Source: an uncultured Actinomycetota bacterium
GTDB taxonomy: Bacteria; Actinomycetota; Actinomycetes; Actinomycetales; CAVURS01
Assembly: GCA_963743975.1 (NCBI GenBank)
Contig: CAVURS010000004.1
Location: forward strand, 411,931-475,930
Reading direction: 5' to 3'
Length of the DNA stretch: 64,000 nt
The position numbers and the translations under genes were made by a program. Positions 28,686 through 39,804 of this stretch are shown here, in pieces. The number at the start of each line of letters is the position of its first letter. Positions within the stretch are counted from its first letter, which is position 1. The notes below the pieces were generated by a model. That model saw nothing but the letters and a program-made list of their open reading frames with translations. It was not told the origin of the DNA and did not search any database.

Positions 28686-29288
28686 TCAGGCGGTGTGCGC
28701 GACGGGGCCCGCGGCGCGGTAGCGCAGGCCGTCGTGCAGCAGGCCGACCAGGCGGCGGGCCTGCTCCTGCCAGCCCGGCTGGTCGCTGACCAGGCAGATG
28801 CCGCTGAGCGCCTTGAGCAGGTCGGCGGCCTCGACGTCGGAGCGGATGTCGCCCGAGGCGACCGCGTTGGCCAGCAGCATGTCGACGGCAGCCGCGGATC
28901 CGGCCGTGGCAGTAGGCGAACAGCTCGGAGTCCTTGCCGACGACCGCCTTCAGCGCGGTCGCCATGCCGCGCTTGGTGGCCACGTGCTCGACGAAGCGCT
29001 CCATCCACAGCTCCAGTGCCCGGTCCGGGCGCTCGGCTGGCGACCAGGCTCTCCGCGGCTGTCGCACAGCAGCTCGACCTGGTGGCGGTAGACGGACTCG
29101 ACCAGGCAGTCGCGGTTGGGGAAGTGGCGGTACAGCGTGCCGATGCCGACCCCGGCCTGCCGGGCGATGTCCTCGAGCGAGGCGTCGACGCCGTGCTCGG
29201 CGAACGCGCGACAGGCCGCACCGAGCAGCTTGTCTCTGTTGCGCTGGGCGTCGGCCCGCAAGGGGCGCTCGCCCTGCATGGTGGACAC
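28686..29288 (-). pseudogene. TetR/AcrR family transcriptional regulator; >=2 frame breaks (~29050, ~28897)
   Basis: The N-terminal HTH is in ORF 28950..29288 (RNRDKLLGAACRAFAEHGVDASLEDIARQAGVGIGTLYRHFPNRD). The middle part (ELWMERFVEHVATKRGMATALKAV) and the C-terminal part (ORF 28686..28880) are in other frames. Confidence 0.8.
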
Positions 29289-29334
29289 CGTTGGCCTCCA
29301 GGGAACACCTCCTGCAGACGTAGCACTTGCTAAA

Positions 29335-29351
29335 ACGGAGGGAGACTCCGT
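29335..29351. promoter_or_regulatory. Candidate TetR operator (ACGGAG-N5-CTCCGT)
   Basis: Inverted repeat read directly in the 120-bp divergent TetR/MFS intergenic region, which is AT-richer than its surroundings. Confidence 0.3.
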
Positions 29352-29408
29352 ATAGTTCCGGAGGGGCCATCCGTTTCCCCACCACGATACCTCCTGCTGG
29401 AGCTTCTT

Positions 29409-30920
29409 GTGTCTGTCTGCTCCCTCCGCAGTACGGCGAGGACTGCCGGCCCGGCAACCCCGGGCTCGTCCTGGCCCTGATCCTGACCAGCCAGCTCATG
29501 GTGGTCCTCGACGCGACGATCGTGAACATCGCGCTCCCGGACATCAAGACCGCCCTGGGCTTCAGCCCCAGCGGGCTGTCCTGGGTGGTCAACGCCTACA
29601 CGCTGACCTTCGGCGGCCTGCTGCTGCTCGGCGCCCGCGCCGGTGACCTGCTCGGCCGGCGCCGTACGTTCGTGGCCGGCCTGGTGCTGTTCACCCTCGC
29701 CTCGCTCGCCGGCGGCTTCGCCACCACGCCGGGCCTGCTGCTCGGCGCCCGCGCGGCCCAGGGCATCGGCGGCGCGCTCGCCTCGCCGTCCGCCCTCGCG
29801 CTGCTCATGACCATGTTCCGGGACGGGCGCGAGCGGACCCGCGCCCTCGGCCTCTACACCGCCGTCTCGATCGGCGGCGCCGCCGTCGGCCTGATCGCGG
29901 GCGGCATCCTCACCGAGTTCGTCTCCTGGCGCTGGGTGCTGTTCGTCAACGTGCCGATCGGCGTGGTCGTGACCGCGCTGTCCCTGCGGGTGCTGCCGGA
30001 GACCGAGCGGCGTACCGGCAAGTTCGACATCGGCGGGCGCGCTGACCTCGACGCTGGGCATGGCCGCTCTCGTCTACGGGTTCGTCCACGCCGCCACGAA
30101 CGGCTGGCGCGAGACCGAGACCGTGGTCGCCTTCGCGGCCGGTGTCGTCCTGCTCGCGGCGTTCGTGCTGGTCGAGCTCCGGGCGTCCTCGCCGATCACC
30201 CCGCTGCGGCTGTTCGCCGACCGCAGCCGCTCGGCGTCGTACGTCGCCCGGCTGCTGCTGGTCGCCGGGATGATGGGGATGTTCTTCTTCCTCACGCAGT
30301 TCCTGCAGAACGTCCTCGGCTACTCCCCGCTCAAGGCCGGCCTGGCCTTCCTGCCGCTGACCGTGATGGTCTTCAGCTCCTCGCAGTTCAGTGCGCGGGT
30401 GCTGACCGCCCGGTTCGGCACGCGGACCCTGGTGGTCGCCGGCATCAGCGTCTCGACGCTCGCGCTGCTGTGGCTGTCGACGCTGTCGGCCAGCAGCGGC
30501 TACCTCGCCCTGCTGGGTCCGCTGCTGCTGTTCGGCCTCGGCAACGGCACGGCGTTCGTTCCGCTCACCGCGGCCGCGCTGTCCGGTGTCGGCCCGGCGG
30601 ACGCCGGCGCGGCCTCCGGCCTGGTGAACGTCATGCAGCAGGTCGGCGGCTCGCTCGGGCTGGCCGTGCTGGTGACGGTCTTCGGCGCGGGCAGCCGGTC
30701 CGCGGCGCACGACGCGCTCCCGGGCGCGACGGCGGCCGAGCGGGCGCAGCACGCGTTCGTGGCCGGCGCCGACCGCGCCGTGCTGGCGGCGGCGGTGTTC
30801 CTCGCGGTCACCGTGATCGTGGCGGCGACCACCCTGCGCGGCGGCTCGCCCCGCCGGCCGGCCGAGGCCGAGGTGGACGAGGCGATCGAGACCAGCTCGC
30901 TGGCCGAGGCCATGGCCTGA
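29409..30920 (+). pseudogene. MFS drug:H+ antiporter (DHA2/EmrB-QacA type, 14-TMS-like); frame break near 30038 and probably one near the 5' end
   Basis: The first half is in ORF 29327..32818 (LVVLDATIVNIALPDI..., GLLLLGARAGDLLGRRR). The second half is ORF 30060..30920. The junction is KFDIGG / ALTSTLGMAALVYG. The start is uncertain (GTG 29409 in another frame, or TTG 29327). Confidence 0.8.
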
Positions 30921-30964
30921 CCGATCGGCCTCGGGTCTGTGCGGTCGCTGCGCGCCCTTCCCGC

Positions 30965-31876
30965 TCAGGGGAGGGCGCGCAGCCACTCCACCAGCAGGTC
31001 GCTCACCGGCCCCGGCCGTTCCTCGGGCAGGAAGTGGCCGGCGCCGGCCAGCAGCTCGAAGCGGTACGCCGCGGCGACGTGCCGCTCGCTCCCGGCCGCC
31101 GAGGCCGGGAGGACGAGCCCGTCCTGGGCGCCGTGCAGCTGCAGCACCGGCACGTCGATCGCCGCGGTGATCCCGGCCCGGAACCGGCGGCCGTCACGCC
31201 GCGGCTGGGACCGGACCAGCCACCGGTAGTACTCGGTGGCCGAGTGGGCCACGAACGGGATGGCCATGGCCGTGGCGTACCGCTCCGCCTCCTCGGCCCC
31301 GGGCCATCCCGGGCCGGCCCAGGCGGCCAGCAACCGGCGCAGGTACGCCGGGTCGGTCAGGTAGCGCTCGGGCCAGAACGGCACCTGCTGGGGTCCGAGC
31401 CAGCGCAGGGTCCGGCGCTGCGCGGACGAGCGCAGCACCGCGGCCCGCATCCGGGCCGGGTGCGGCATCGAGAGGGTGGCCACGGCCCGGGTGACCCTCG
31501 GCTCGAGCCCCGGCATCGACCAGGCGACCCAGGCGCCCCAGTCGTGCCCGACGACGGTGGCCTCCTTCTCGCCCAGCGACCGCACGACGTTGGCGACGTC
31601 GGCCGCCGAGGTGATCGTGTCGTAGCCGTGCGGCGTCTTGTCCGACGCGCCGTACCCCCGCAGGTCCATGGCCACGGCCCGGTACCCCGCCGCGGCCAGG
31701 CTCACCAGCTGATGGCGCCAGGCCCACCAGAACTGCGGGAACCCGTGCAGGAGGACGACGAGCGGACCTTCGCCCAGCTCGGCGACGTGGAACCGGCTGC
31801 CACCGGCCGAGACGAACCGGTGCTGCCACGGCCCCTCGATCAGGACGTACGTCGCGTCGAGGGCGGACTTGCGCAC
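30965..31876 (-). CDS. Alpha/beta hydrolase, epoxide-hydrolase-like (EphE-like)
   Basis: 303 aa, intact. Motifs: HGFPQFWWAWRHQ, nucleophile elbow VGHDWGA, C-terminal GAGHFLPEE. Confidence 0.85.
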   Translation of the reverse strand: MRKSALDATYVLIEGPWQHRFVSAGGSRFHVAELGEGPLVVLLHGFPQFWWAWRHQLVSLAAAGYRAVAMDLRGYGASDKTPHGYDTITSAADVANVVRSLGEKEATVVGHDWGAWVAWSMPGLEPRVTRAVATLSMPHPARMRAAVLRSSAQRRTLRWLGPQQVPFWPERYLTDPAYLRRLLAAWAGPGWPGAEEAERYATAMAIPFVAHSATEYYRWLVRSQPRRDGRRFRAGITAAIDVPVLQLHGAQDGLVLPASAAGSERHVAAAYRFELLAGAGHFLPEERPGPVSDLLVEWLRALP

Positions 31877-31894
31877 GCGGGTCGGGCCGCGCGG

Positions 31895-32371
31895 TCAGGC
31901 GTCGGTGGAGCGGGCCCGCTTCAGCGTGTCCACCGTCTTCTTCGTCGAGCGGATCGTCCGCTCCGGCGGCGCGATCCGGCCCAGCCGCGACTTCCCGATC
32001 AGGGCGAGCACCACGCCGAGCAGCAGGAGGGCGCCGCCGACGACCAGGAACGCCAGCCAGCGGGCGAAGCCGGCCGCGACCAGCCCGTACGCCGCGGCGA
32101 TCAGCAGCAGGATGAGGGCCAGGAACGCGAAGACCCCCGCCACGACGAACATCGCGGCGCCGGCCACGCCGGCCACCACGTCCCGCTTGACCTCGGCCTT
32201 GCCGAGGGCGATCTCGGCCCGGACGATCGAGGACAGGTCGCGGCTGGCGTCGGCGACGAGCTGACCCAGCGTGCGCTCGCCGCCGGGCCGCTCCGGTGCG
32301 CCGACCGGACGGCCGACCCCCGGCGCCGGGCCGGTGGACGGCCCCGCGGGCTCGGGGCTGGGTGTCGACAT
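31895..32371 (-). CDS. Small membrane protein, actinobacterial Holin-X / phage-holin-3-like family
   Basis: 158 aa. It has a Pro/Gly-rich N-terminus, the segment DLSSIVRAEIALGKAEVKRD, then two long hydrophobic helices. Confidence 0.6.
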   Translation of the reverse strand: MSTPSPEPAGPSTGPAPGVGRPVGAPERPGGERTLGQLVADASRDLSSIVRAEIALGKAEVKRDVVAGVAGAAMFVVAGVFAFLALILLLIAAAYGLVAAGFARWLAFLVVGGALLLLGVVLALIGKSRLGRIAPPERTIRSTKKTVDTLKRARSTDA

Positions 32372-32381
32372 GCGCAGGAGC

Positions 32382-33878
32382 CTAGTGAACGTCGCCCCGG
32401 GCCGCCGTGCCGAACAGCGAGTCGAGCTCGCGGACCTGCCCGCTCTCGCACAGCAGGGCCACGTCGTCGCCGGCCAGCAGGCGGGTCCGGCCGTGCACCT
32501 GGACCAGGCTGCCCGCGCGGACGACGAAGCTCACCCAGGCGTCCGGTCCGAGCGGCAGCTCCTCGACCGTCGTGCCCTCCGCGGCCGAGCCGGCCGCCAC
32601 CACGTAGTGCCGCAGGCCGGTCGGCTGGTCGCTCAGCCGGACCCCGGCCGTCCACGGCGTCTGGTCCACCGCGCGCAGCTCGAGGCCGACCCGGCGGGCC
32701 ACCGTCGGGACCAGGCCGCCCTGCACGACCACCGAGAACACCACGACGACGATCACGATGTCGTACAGCTGCAGGCCGGTGCGGCCGTGACCGTGGTCCT
32801 GCAGGTCCTGGAGGATGAACGTCGCGAGCAGCAGGGGCACGGCCCCCTTGAGCCCGGACCAGAGCACGAACACCCGCTCCGAGCGGCCCAGCGACACCGG
32901 GAGCAGGGTCAGGCCGACCAGCAGCGGCCGCACCACGAGGGCGAGCAGGACGGCGAGGCCGAGCCCGATCAGCCAGGCGTGCTCGTGGCCGAGCGTGCCC
33001 AGCCGCACGGTCAGGCCCAGCACCACGAACGCCGTGATCTCGCCCAGGCTGGCCAGCGTGGCGTGGAAGCGCTCGAGGTCCGCCTTGTACGGCGCGCGCT
33101 CGTCGCCGATCAGGATCCCGGCGACGAACACGGCGAGGAACCCGGAGCCGTGGGCCAGCGTCGCGGCACCGAACAGCACGGCCGCGCCAGCGAGGGCACG
33201 CAGCGAGTACAGCGGCGCGGACGGCAGGTCGGTGCGCCGGATGGCCCAGAGAAGTCCCTTGCCGCCGAGGTATCCGACCAGGCCACCGACGACCATCTGG
33301 AGGGCGAACTCCAGGACGCCGTGGCCGACGGCCCCGAGGCCACCGCTACCCGTCGTGGTCAGCAGCGCGGTCATCAGGGCGATGCCGACCGGGTCGTTGG
33401 CCCCCGACTCGCCCTCGAGCAGGACGCCGCTGCGCCCCTGGACCTGGCGACCGCTCAGTACGGAGAAGACCACGACCGGGTCCGTCGGAGCCAGGGCGGT
33501 CCCGACGAGGAACGCATCGCGCCAGCCGAGCCCGAACACCCAGTGAGCGAGCAGCCCGAGCGCGCCGGTGGTCACCGCCGTGCCGGCCACCCCCAGCCAG
33601 GTGATGGCCGCGGCGTTGGCGCTGAACCGGCGCCACCCGATGTGCATCCCACCGTCGAACAGGATGACGACCAGGGCCACGGTGACGATCTGTTGCACCG
33701 TGACGATCGACATCGAGCGCAGGGACGGGAAGATCTCGGAGGCGACGGCGGCGGCGACCAGGAAGATGGCCGGCGCCGGGACGCGCAGCACCGTGCTGAC
33801 CCGGTTGCTCAGGATCGCCGCGACCAGGACCAGCCCCGCGGCCCCGATGACGAGGCCGAAGCTGTGCGCCTGCTCCAT
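32382..33878 (-). CDS. Cation:proton antiporter (CPA1, NhaP-type) with C-terminal TrkA-C/RCK domain
   Basis: 498 aa, intact. It has about 11-12 TM segments (ILFDGG, GESGANDPVGIAL), then a soluble C-terminal domain (EELPLGPDAWVSFVVRAGSLVQVHG.T.L.AGD). Confidence 0.9.
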   Translation of the reverse strand: MEQAHSFGLVIGAAGLVLVAAILSNRVSTVLRVPAPAIFLVAAAVASEIFPSLRSMSIVTVQQIVTVALVVILFDGGMHIGWRRFSANAAAITWLGVAGTAVTTGALGLLAHWVFGLGWRDAFLVGTALAPTDPVVVFSVLSGRQVQGRSGVLLEGESGANDPVGIALMTALLTTTGSGGLGAVGHGVLEFALQMVVGGLVGYLGGKGLLWAIRRTDLPSAPLYSLRALAGAAVLFGAATLAHGSGFLAVFVAGILIGDERAPYKADLERFHATLASLGEITAFVVLGLTVRLGTLGHEHAWLIGLGLAVLLALVVRPLLVGLTLLPVSLGRSERVFVLWSGLKGAVPLLLATFILQDLQDHGHGRTGLQLYDIVIVVVVFSVVVQGGLVPTVARRVGLELRAVDQTPWTAGVRLSDQPTGLRHYVVAAGSAAEGTTVEELPLGPDAWVSFVVRAGSLVQVHGRTRLLAGDDVALLCESGQVRELDSLFGTAARGDVH

Positions 33879-33893
33879 GGCGGCCCGAGGGCC

Positions 33894-34319
33894 CTAGCTG
33901 CGGGCGAGCTGGTCGGACGACCGGAGGTTCTGCAGGCGGACCTGTCCGCGCGCCACGAGCCGCTCGCGCTCGTCGTGGACCTCCACCAGCCACAGCTGCT
34001 GGGAACGGCCGCGGTGGATCGGTGTGCCGGTCGCGAGCAGCTCCCCCTCGCGCACGGCGCGCAGGAAGTCGGTGTGGTTCGAGACGCCGACGACCTGCCC
34101 CTGGTCGCCGAGCCAGAGGGCGGCGCCGAGGCTGGCCACGGTCTCGACGACCGTGCAGTAGACGCCGCCGTGGGTGATGCCGTACGGCTGCCACTGGGTG
34201 GGCTGGACCGTCCAGCGGACGGTCATCCGGTCGCCGGTGGCCTCCTCGACCTGCAGCCCCAACCCGCCGGTGAAGCCCTTCTCGAGCAGCTCGGCGGTCT
34301 CGGCGGCGATGTCGGGCAC
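33894..34319 (-). CDS. PaaI family (hotdog fold) thioesterase
   Basis: 141 aa. The segments GITHGGVYCTVVETV and HRGRSQQLWLVEV are typical of PaaI/4HBT-III thioesterases. Confidence 0.85.
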   Translation of the reverse strand: MPDIAAETAELLEKGFTGGLGLQVEEATGDRMTVRWTVQPTQWQPYGITHGGVYCTVVETVASLGAALWLGDQGQVVGVSNHTDFLRAVREGELLATGTPIHRGRSQQLWLVEVHDERERLVARGQVRLQNLRSSDQLARS

Positions 34320-34379
34320 CGGGTGAGCCTAGCCACCGCGACCGCTGCCCTCACCACCCGACGCGGAGCGGCCGAGCGC

Positions 34380-35180
34380 TCACCACTCGAGGTCGCGCCG
34401 GCCGGCCAGGGTGCCGAGCCGGCCGAGGTCCGGGAGGGTCGGCTGCTCGCCCACCACGCCGACGTCCACCCGCCATCCGGTTGCCGTGCTGTCCGAGACG
34501 GTGCGGACCAGCGAGCCGCCCTGTCGCTGCGACTCCAGGCTCTGCACGTCCTGGGCCGGACCATCGGGCCGGACGCTCGGCGGCACGACGTTCATCACCA
34601 GCACCGTGCCGTGGGAGTCGCGGGCCCGGAGCTGGACGAGGCAGATACCGCCGAAGCCGTCGCTGGTCCGGGCGCTGTCGAGCAGCCGGAAGCCGGGGAG
34701 GACCGCGTGGACGGCCCGCATGGCGGCGTTCACCGGGTCGGCGTGGCCCCTCCGCACGGCCGGGCAGTCGCCCCGGCGACCGCCGGGCTGGACGGTGTCC
34801 TCCAGGGCAGCCGTGCTGCTCGCCTGCAGGGCGATCTGGGCCGGGAGGTCCAACCGACCGGGCAGCGGCGGGACGGTGAAATCGGGCTCGACGCCGCCCA
34901 GGTCGCTGGTGGACGTGCCGTTCGTGGTCGCCGGTCCACCGTCCGCACCGCCCGGCGAGCGGACCGCGGCGAAGGCCAGGCCGCCCACCGCGAGCAGGCC
35001 GGCGGTCCACAGCAGGGCGCGCGGAAGCCGGCGTACGGGGGGCTCGAGCGCGCCGACGTCCGAGCCGTCGACCGCCCCCAGCTCACCGAGATCGACCCAC
35101 GCCGGGGCTCCCGCGTCCGCGTCGCCCGCCGGGTCGGGGGTGCGCGCCGACCAGGTCAGCACCTCCGGAGTGCCGGGCAT
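34380..35180 (-). CDS. Hypothetical single-pass membrane protein
   Basis: 266-aa ORF. It has an acidic N-terminus with WVDLGEL, an Arg-flanked TM helix ([19 protein letters not shown]) and an extracytoplasmic domain. I recognise no family. Confidence 0.55.
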   Translation of the reverse strand: MPGTPEVLTWSARTPDPAGDADAGAPAWVDLGELGAVDGSDVGALEPPVRRLPRALLWTAGLLAVGGLAFAAVRSPGGADGGPATTNGTSTSDLGGVEPDFTVPPLPGRLDLPAQIALQASSTAALEDTVQPGGRRGDCPAVRRGHADPVNAAMRAVHAVLPGFRLLDSARTSDGFGGICLVQLRARDSHGTVLVMNVVPPSVRPDGPAQDVQSLESQRQGGSLVRTVSDSTATGWRVDVGVVGEQPTLPDLGRLGTLAGRRDLEW

Positions 35181-35237
35181 GCTTCCAGCCTGCGTCCCCC
35201 GGGCGGCTGGGGCAAGCGGTTCGGGTCGGTCCTGCGC

Positions 35238-37200
35238 TCAGTCCTCCGACGCCCCGCTGGACAGACCCTCCTTGATCAGGTCCATGACGGTCGAGTCGGC
35301 CAGCGTCGTGACGTCGCCGACCTCGCGGTGCTCGGCCACGTCCTTGAGCAGGCGCCGCATGATCTTGCCGGAGCGGGTCTTCGGCAGCTCGGCCACGATC
35401 ATGATCTGGCGCGGTCGCGCGATCGGGCCGATCTCCTTGGCCACGTGGTCGCGCAGCTCCTTGACGACGTCCGGCCCGCCGTCCCCGGCCTCGCTGCGCA
35501 GGATGACGAACGCGCAGATCGCCTGTCCGGTCATGTCGTCGGCCGCGCCGACGACCGCCGCCTCGGCGACCTTCGGGTGGGAGACCAGCGCCGACTCGAT
35601 CTCGGTCGTGGACAGCCGGTGGCCGCTGACGTTCATCACGTCGTCGACCCGGCCGAGCAGCCAGAGGTCGCCGTCGTCGTCCTTCTTGGCGCCGTCGCCG
35701 GCGAAGTACCGGCCCGGGAAGCGGGACCAGTAGGTCTCCTTGAACCGCTCGTCGTCGCCCCAGAGCGTGCGCAGCATCGACGGCCACGGCTCGGTGAGCA
35801 CCAGGTAGCCGCCCGAGCCGTCGGGCACCGGGTTGCCCTGCGTCGTCGACCACGTCGGCCGAGACGCCGGGCAGCGGGGTCATCGCCGCGCCGGGCTTGC
35901 CGGCCGTCACGCCGGGCAGCGGGCTGATCATGATCGAGCCGGTCTCGGTCTGCCACCAGGTGTCCACGACCGGGCAGCGGCCGCCGCCGATCGTCTTGCG
36001 GTACCAGATGTAGGCCTCGGGGTTGATCGGCTCCCCCACGGTGCCGATCAGCCGCAGCGACGACAGGTCGAACTTGTCCGGGATCTGCGCGCCCCACTTC
36101 ATGAACGTCCGGATCGCGGTCGGCGCGCAGTAGAGGATCGTGACCTTGTACTTCTGGATGATCTCCCACCAGCGGCCCTGGTGCGGGGTGTCCGGCGTGC
36201 CCTCGTACATCACCGACGTCACGCCGTTGGCCAGCGGGCCGTAGACGATGTAGCTGTGGCCGGTGACCCAGCCGATGTCGGCCGCGGTCCAGCAGACGTC
36301 GGTCTCCGGCTTGATGTCGAAGACCGCCCAGTGGGTGTACGAGCAGCCCGTCAGGTAGCCGCCGGTGGTGTGCAGGATCCCCTTCGGCTTGCCGGTCGTG
36401 CCCGAGGTGTACATGACGTAGAGCGGGTGCTCGGCGTCGAACGGCTGCGCCTCGTGCTCCGGGCTCGCGGTGTCGACGACGTCGTGCCACCACACGTCGC
36501 GGCCGTCGTGCCAGGCGACGTCCTGGCCGGTCCGCCGGACGACCAGGACGTTGCGGACGTCGGGGCAGTCCTCGAGCGCCGCGTCGACCGCCGGCTTGAG
36601 CGCGGCGGCGGCGCCCTTGCGGTAGCCGCCGTCGGCGGTGATCACGACCCGGGCGTCGCAGTCCTGGATCCGGCCCTTGAGCGCGTCGGCCGAGAAGCCG
36701 CCGAAGACCACGGTGTGCGGCGCCCCGATCCGGGCGCAGGCCAGCATCGCCATGACCGTCTCGGGGATCATCGGCATGTAGATCGCGACCCGGTCGCCGG
36801 CCTTGACCCCCAGGTCGGTCAGCGCGTTCGCGGCCTGGCAGACCTCGCGGTGCAGCTCGGCGTACGTGATCGTCCGGGTGTCGCCCGGGCTCGCCCTCGA
36901 AGTGGTAGGCGACCTTGTCGCCGCGGCCGGCCTCGACGTGCCGGTCGAGGCAGTTGTACGCCGCGTTGAGCTTGCCGCCGACGAACCACTTGGCGAACGG
37001 CGGGTCGGACCAGTCGAGCACCTCGTCCCACTTCGTGGCCCAGGTCAGCCGCTCGGCCTGCTCGGCCCAGAAGCGCCAGCCGGTCGGCGTCGGCCCGGTC
37101 GTAGGCCTCCGCCTTGACGTTGGCGTTCGCGGCGAGATCCGCCGGCGGCTCGAACCGCCGCTCCTCGCTGGGACAGGTTCTCCAGGGCAGACTCGGTCAC
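35238..37200 (-). pseudogene. acs: Acetyl-CoA synthetase (AMP-forming); four frame breaks (~37165, ~37075, ~36885, ~35835)
   Basis: It starts at GTG 37200 ([10 protein letters not shown]). The pieces are spread over ORFs 35636..37021, 35083..36777 and 35238..35828. Signature motifs: [45 protein letters not shown]. Confidence 0.9.
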
Positions 37201-37264
37201 GTTCGCTCCTCGCAGGCGCCAGCGGTTGTCGAGCGTCACTCCACCAGGGTGGGAGCCCGGTGCT

Positions 37265-37907
37265 TCAAGCGCGGGGCCCGACCGGCAGGACGACCCGCTT
37301 GAAGGTGAAGTTGGTGACGATGGCGAACGAGCCGTACCACGCGGCGATCGCGGTCAGCAGGCCGAGGTAGCCGCCGACCTTGGACAGGCCGACGTCCGGG
37401 CGCCTTGCCGGTCCACTCGCCGAGCCCGAGCGACGAGGAAGGTGAGGGTCAGCAGCACGAAGACGACGAGCACGACGGCGTTGACCCGGAACGCCGCGAT
37501 CGATCAGGTAGGCCGTGATGATGGCCCAGATCAGCAGGTAGAGGCCGATCGCGTGCTCGACGTGCTTGGGGGCGGCCTTGGACAGGTCGGTGTGGGCCTG
37601 GAGGTACCAGAAGGACAGCCAGAACGCGCCGTACGACGAGAACGCCACAGCGCCGAAGGTGTTGCCCTTGGCGAACTCCCACATGCCGGCGAGCAGCTGG
37701 GCCGCGCCGCCGTAGAAGAGGGCCAGGCCGAGGACGACGCCGGACGGCGTCGGCCTTGATCCAGCCGGCGTTGACGGCGCTGAGGAAGAAGGTGGTCGCG
37801 GCGAACGCGGTGAGCCCGAGGCCGGCCGGGTCGGCGAACCCGAGGCCGAACGCCGGAGTGGCCGGGGTGGGCGAGGTGTAGCCGGTGTCGGTCGTTGTCA
37901 CGTGCAC
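37265..37907 (-). pseudogene. GPR1/FUN34/YaaH (SatP-type) acetate/succinate channel family protein; >=3 frame breaks
   Basis: ORF 37449..37907 gives the N-terminus (LGLTAFAATTFFLSAVNAG). ORF 37265..37684 gives NTFGAVAFSSYGAFWLSFW and the C-terminus. The intervening TM segment (AAFRVNAVVLVVFVLLTLTF) is in a third frame. Confidence 0.75.
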
Positions 37908-37987
37908 TCCTTTGTGCAGGCTGACCGGTGGGCCCGGTCAGAGGTCCTGTCGCGCACGTTAGGAGCGGGGCCGCGGCGGCCGGGAGG

Positions 37988-39801
37988 TCAGCGCGCCGGG
38001 GCTGCGTCCACCGGGTCGATCCCGTCGCCGGACGGCGCCGCCGCCCGCGACGAGCGGTCGGTGTGCCGCGACGAGCGGTCGCGCGGCTCGTCGCCCGCGA
38101 GCAGCACCTCCGGCGCGTGCAGGCGGACCATCGTGCGGGCCACGCCGGCCGGGACCCGGTGCCGGGAGACCAACGAGCCGCCCACCATCACCGCGAAGGC
38201 GACCGGCACGGTGAGTGCCGCGGGCTGGGCCAGCACGGCGCCGGCCCAGCCCGGCTGGGGACCGGCCACGGCCGTGGTGATGACGGCCGCGCTCGCCAGG
38301 CCGCCACCGACGATGAGGCCGGCCAGCGCTCCGACATCGGTCAGGCCGCGCCACCAGATGCCGAGGACGAGCAGCGGGCAGAAGGACGAGGCGGCGACGC
38401 CGAACGCGAGGCCGACCGCGGCCGCCACGCTGATCCGCTGGGTGCCCAGTGAGAGCAGGTACGGCACGAGAATGGCTGCGGCGCAGCCGAACCGGAACGA
38501 CCGGACCGGCAGGCGGCGGGAGGGCAGCACGTCCTGGGCCAGGACGCCGGCCACCGAGATCGTGAGGCCGGACGACGTCGACAGGAAGGCGGCGAACGCA
38601 CCGGCCGTCACCAGCGCGGCGAGGGCGTGACCGGTTGCTCCTCCCACCAGGCGCTCGGGCAGCAGCAGAACCGTGGCGTCGGTGTTCCCGGTCAGCAGCA
38701 CGTCCGGGGCGTACAGGCGCCCGAGCGCGCCGTACACCGTGGGCAGCAGGTAGAAGACCGAGAGCAGGGCGACGACGGCCAGGGCCGTCCGCCGGGTCCG
38801 CCGCCCGTCCGGGTTGGTGTAGAAGCGGACGAGCACGTGCGGCAGGCCCATCGTGCCGAGGAACGTCGCCAGGACGAGCGAGTACGTCGCGAACAGCGGG
38901 TGGTCCTGCCCGGCGTGCAGCGGAGTGGCCCAGCCGCGCGTGGTGGTGACGGGCAGGCCGGTCACGACCGGCACGGCGTCCCCGGGCCGCAGCGTGACCG
39001 ACGTCCCGGACGCCCAGCCGGTGCGGACCGGTGGCCAGCGCGGTCGGTCCGTCCACCGGCCGGCCGTCCACCTCGCCCCGGATCCGGTACGTCGTCGCCC
39101 GCGGCACGTCGACGTCGACGCCGTCGTCGAGCCGGACCGTCGTGGTGGCGTGGGCGGTCGCCGGCTCGCCGCTCGGCGGTGCGGGGGCTGCCGTCGCCGT
39201 GCCAGGCGATCAGCAGGAAGGCCACCGGCACGAGCAGCGCGGTGAGCTTCAGCCAGAACTGGAAGGCCTGCGCGAAGGTGATCGAGCGCATGCCGCCGAA
39301 CAGCACGGTCACCAGCACGACGCCGCACACGACCAGGCCGCCGGCCCAGCCCGGGGCGCCGGTGCTCGTCAGCAGCGTCAGGCCGGCGCCCTGCAGCTGC
39401 GGCACCAGGTAGAGCCAGCCGATCAGCACGACCAGGACGCTCGACGCCCGCCGGACGGCCTGCGAGCGCAGCCGGTCCTCGGCGAAGTCCGGCAGCGTGT
39501 ACGCCCCCGAGCGGCGCAGAGGCGCGGCGACGAGGACGAGCAGCGCGAGGTAGCCCGCGGTGTAGCCGATCGGGTACCAGAGCATGTCGACGCCGTAGGC
39601 GAGGATCAGACCGGCGATCCCGAGGTACGAGGCGGCCGACAGGTACTCCCCGCCGATCGCGGAGGCGTTCCACAGCGGCGTGACGGTGCGCGAGGCGACG
39701 TAGAAGTCGTCGGTCGTGCGGGAGAGCCGGAGGCTGAGGCCGCCGACCACCAGCGTGACGACGCCGACGACGGCGACGGCGAGCGTGGCGAGGGAGTCCA
39801 C
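37988..39801 (-). pseudogene. actP: Sodium:solute symporter family, cation/acetate symporter (ActP-like) with an extra loop of roughly 90 aa; two frame breaks (~39190, ~39020)
   Basis: The N-terminal part is ORF 38962..39801 (ASRTVTPLWNASAIGGEYLSAASYLG...). The C-terminal part is the tail of ORF 37988..41803 (HVLVRFYTNPDG..., AFLSTSSGL...). The middle segment is read in the frame of ORF 37959..39107. Confidence 0.85.
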
Positions 39802-39804
39802 GGC

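Noticed and set aside
29327-32818. 1163-aa + strand ORF
   Set aside because: Only the first ~700 nt (the first half of the DHA2 MFS) is coding. After the frame break near 30038 the ORF runs on out of frame and then antisense to the EphE-like, Holin-X-like and antiporter genes.
32271-35927. 1218-aa + strand ORF
   Set aside because: It is antisense to five well-supported minus-strand genes (antiporter, thioesterase, hypothetical, acs). Its composition is typical of high-GC shadow frames.
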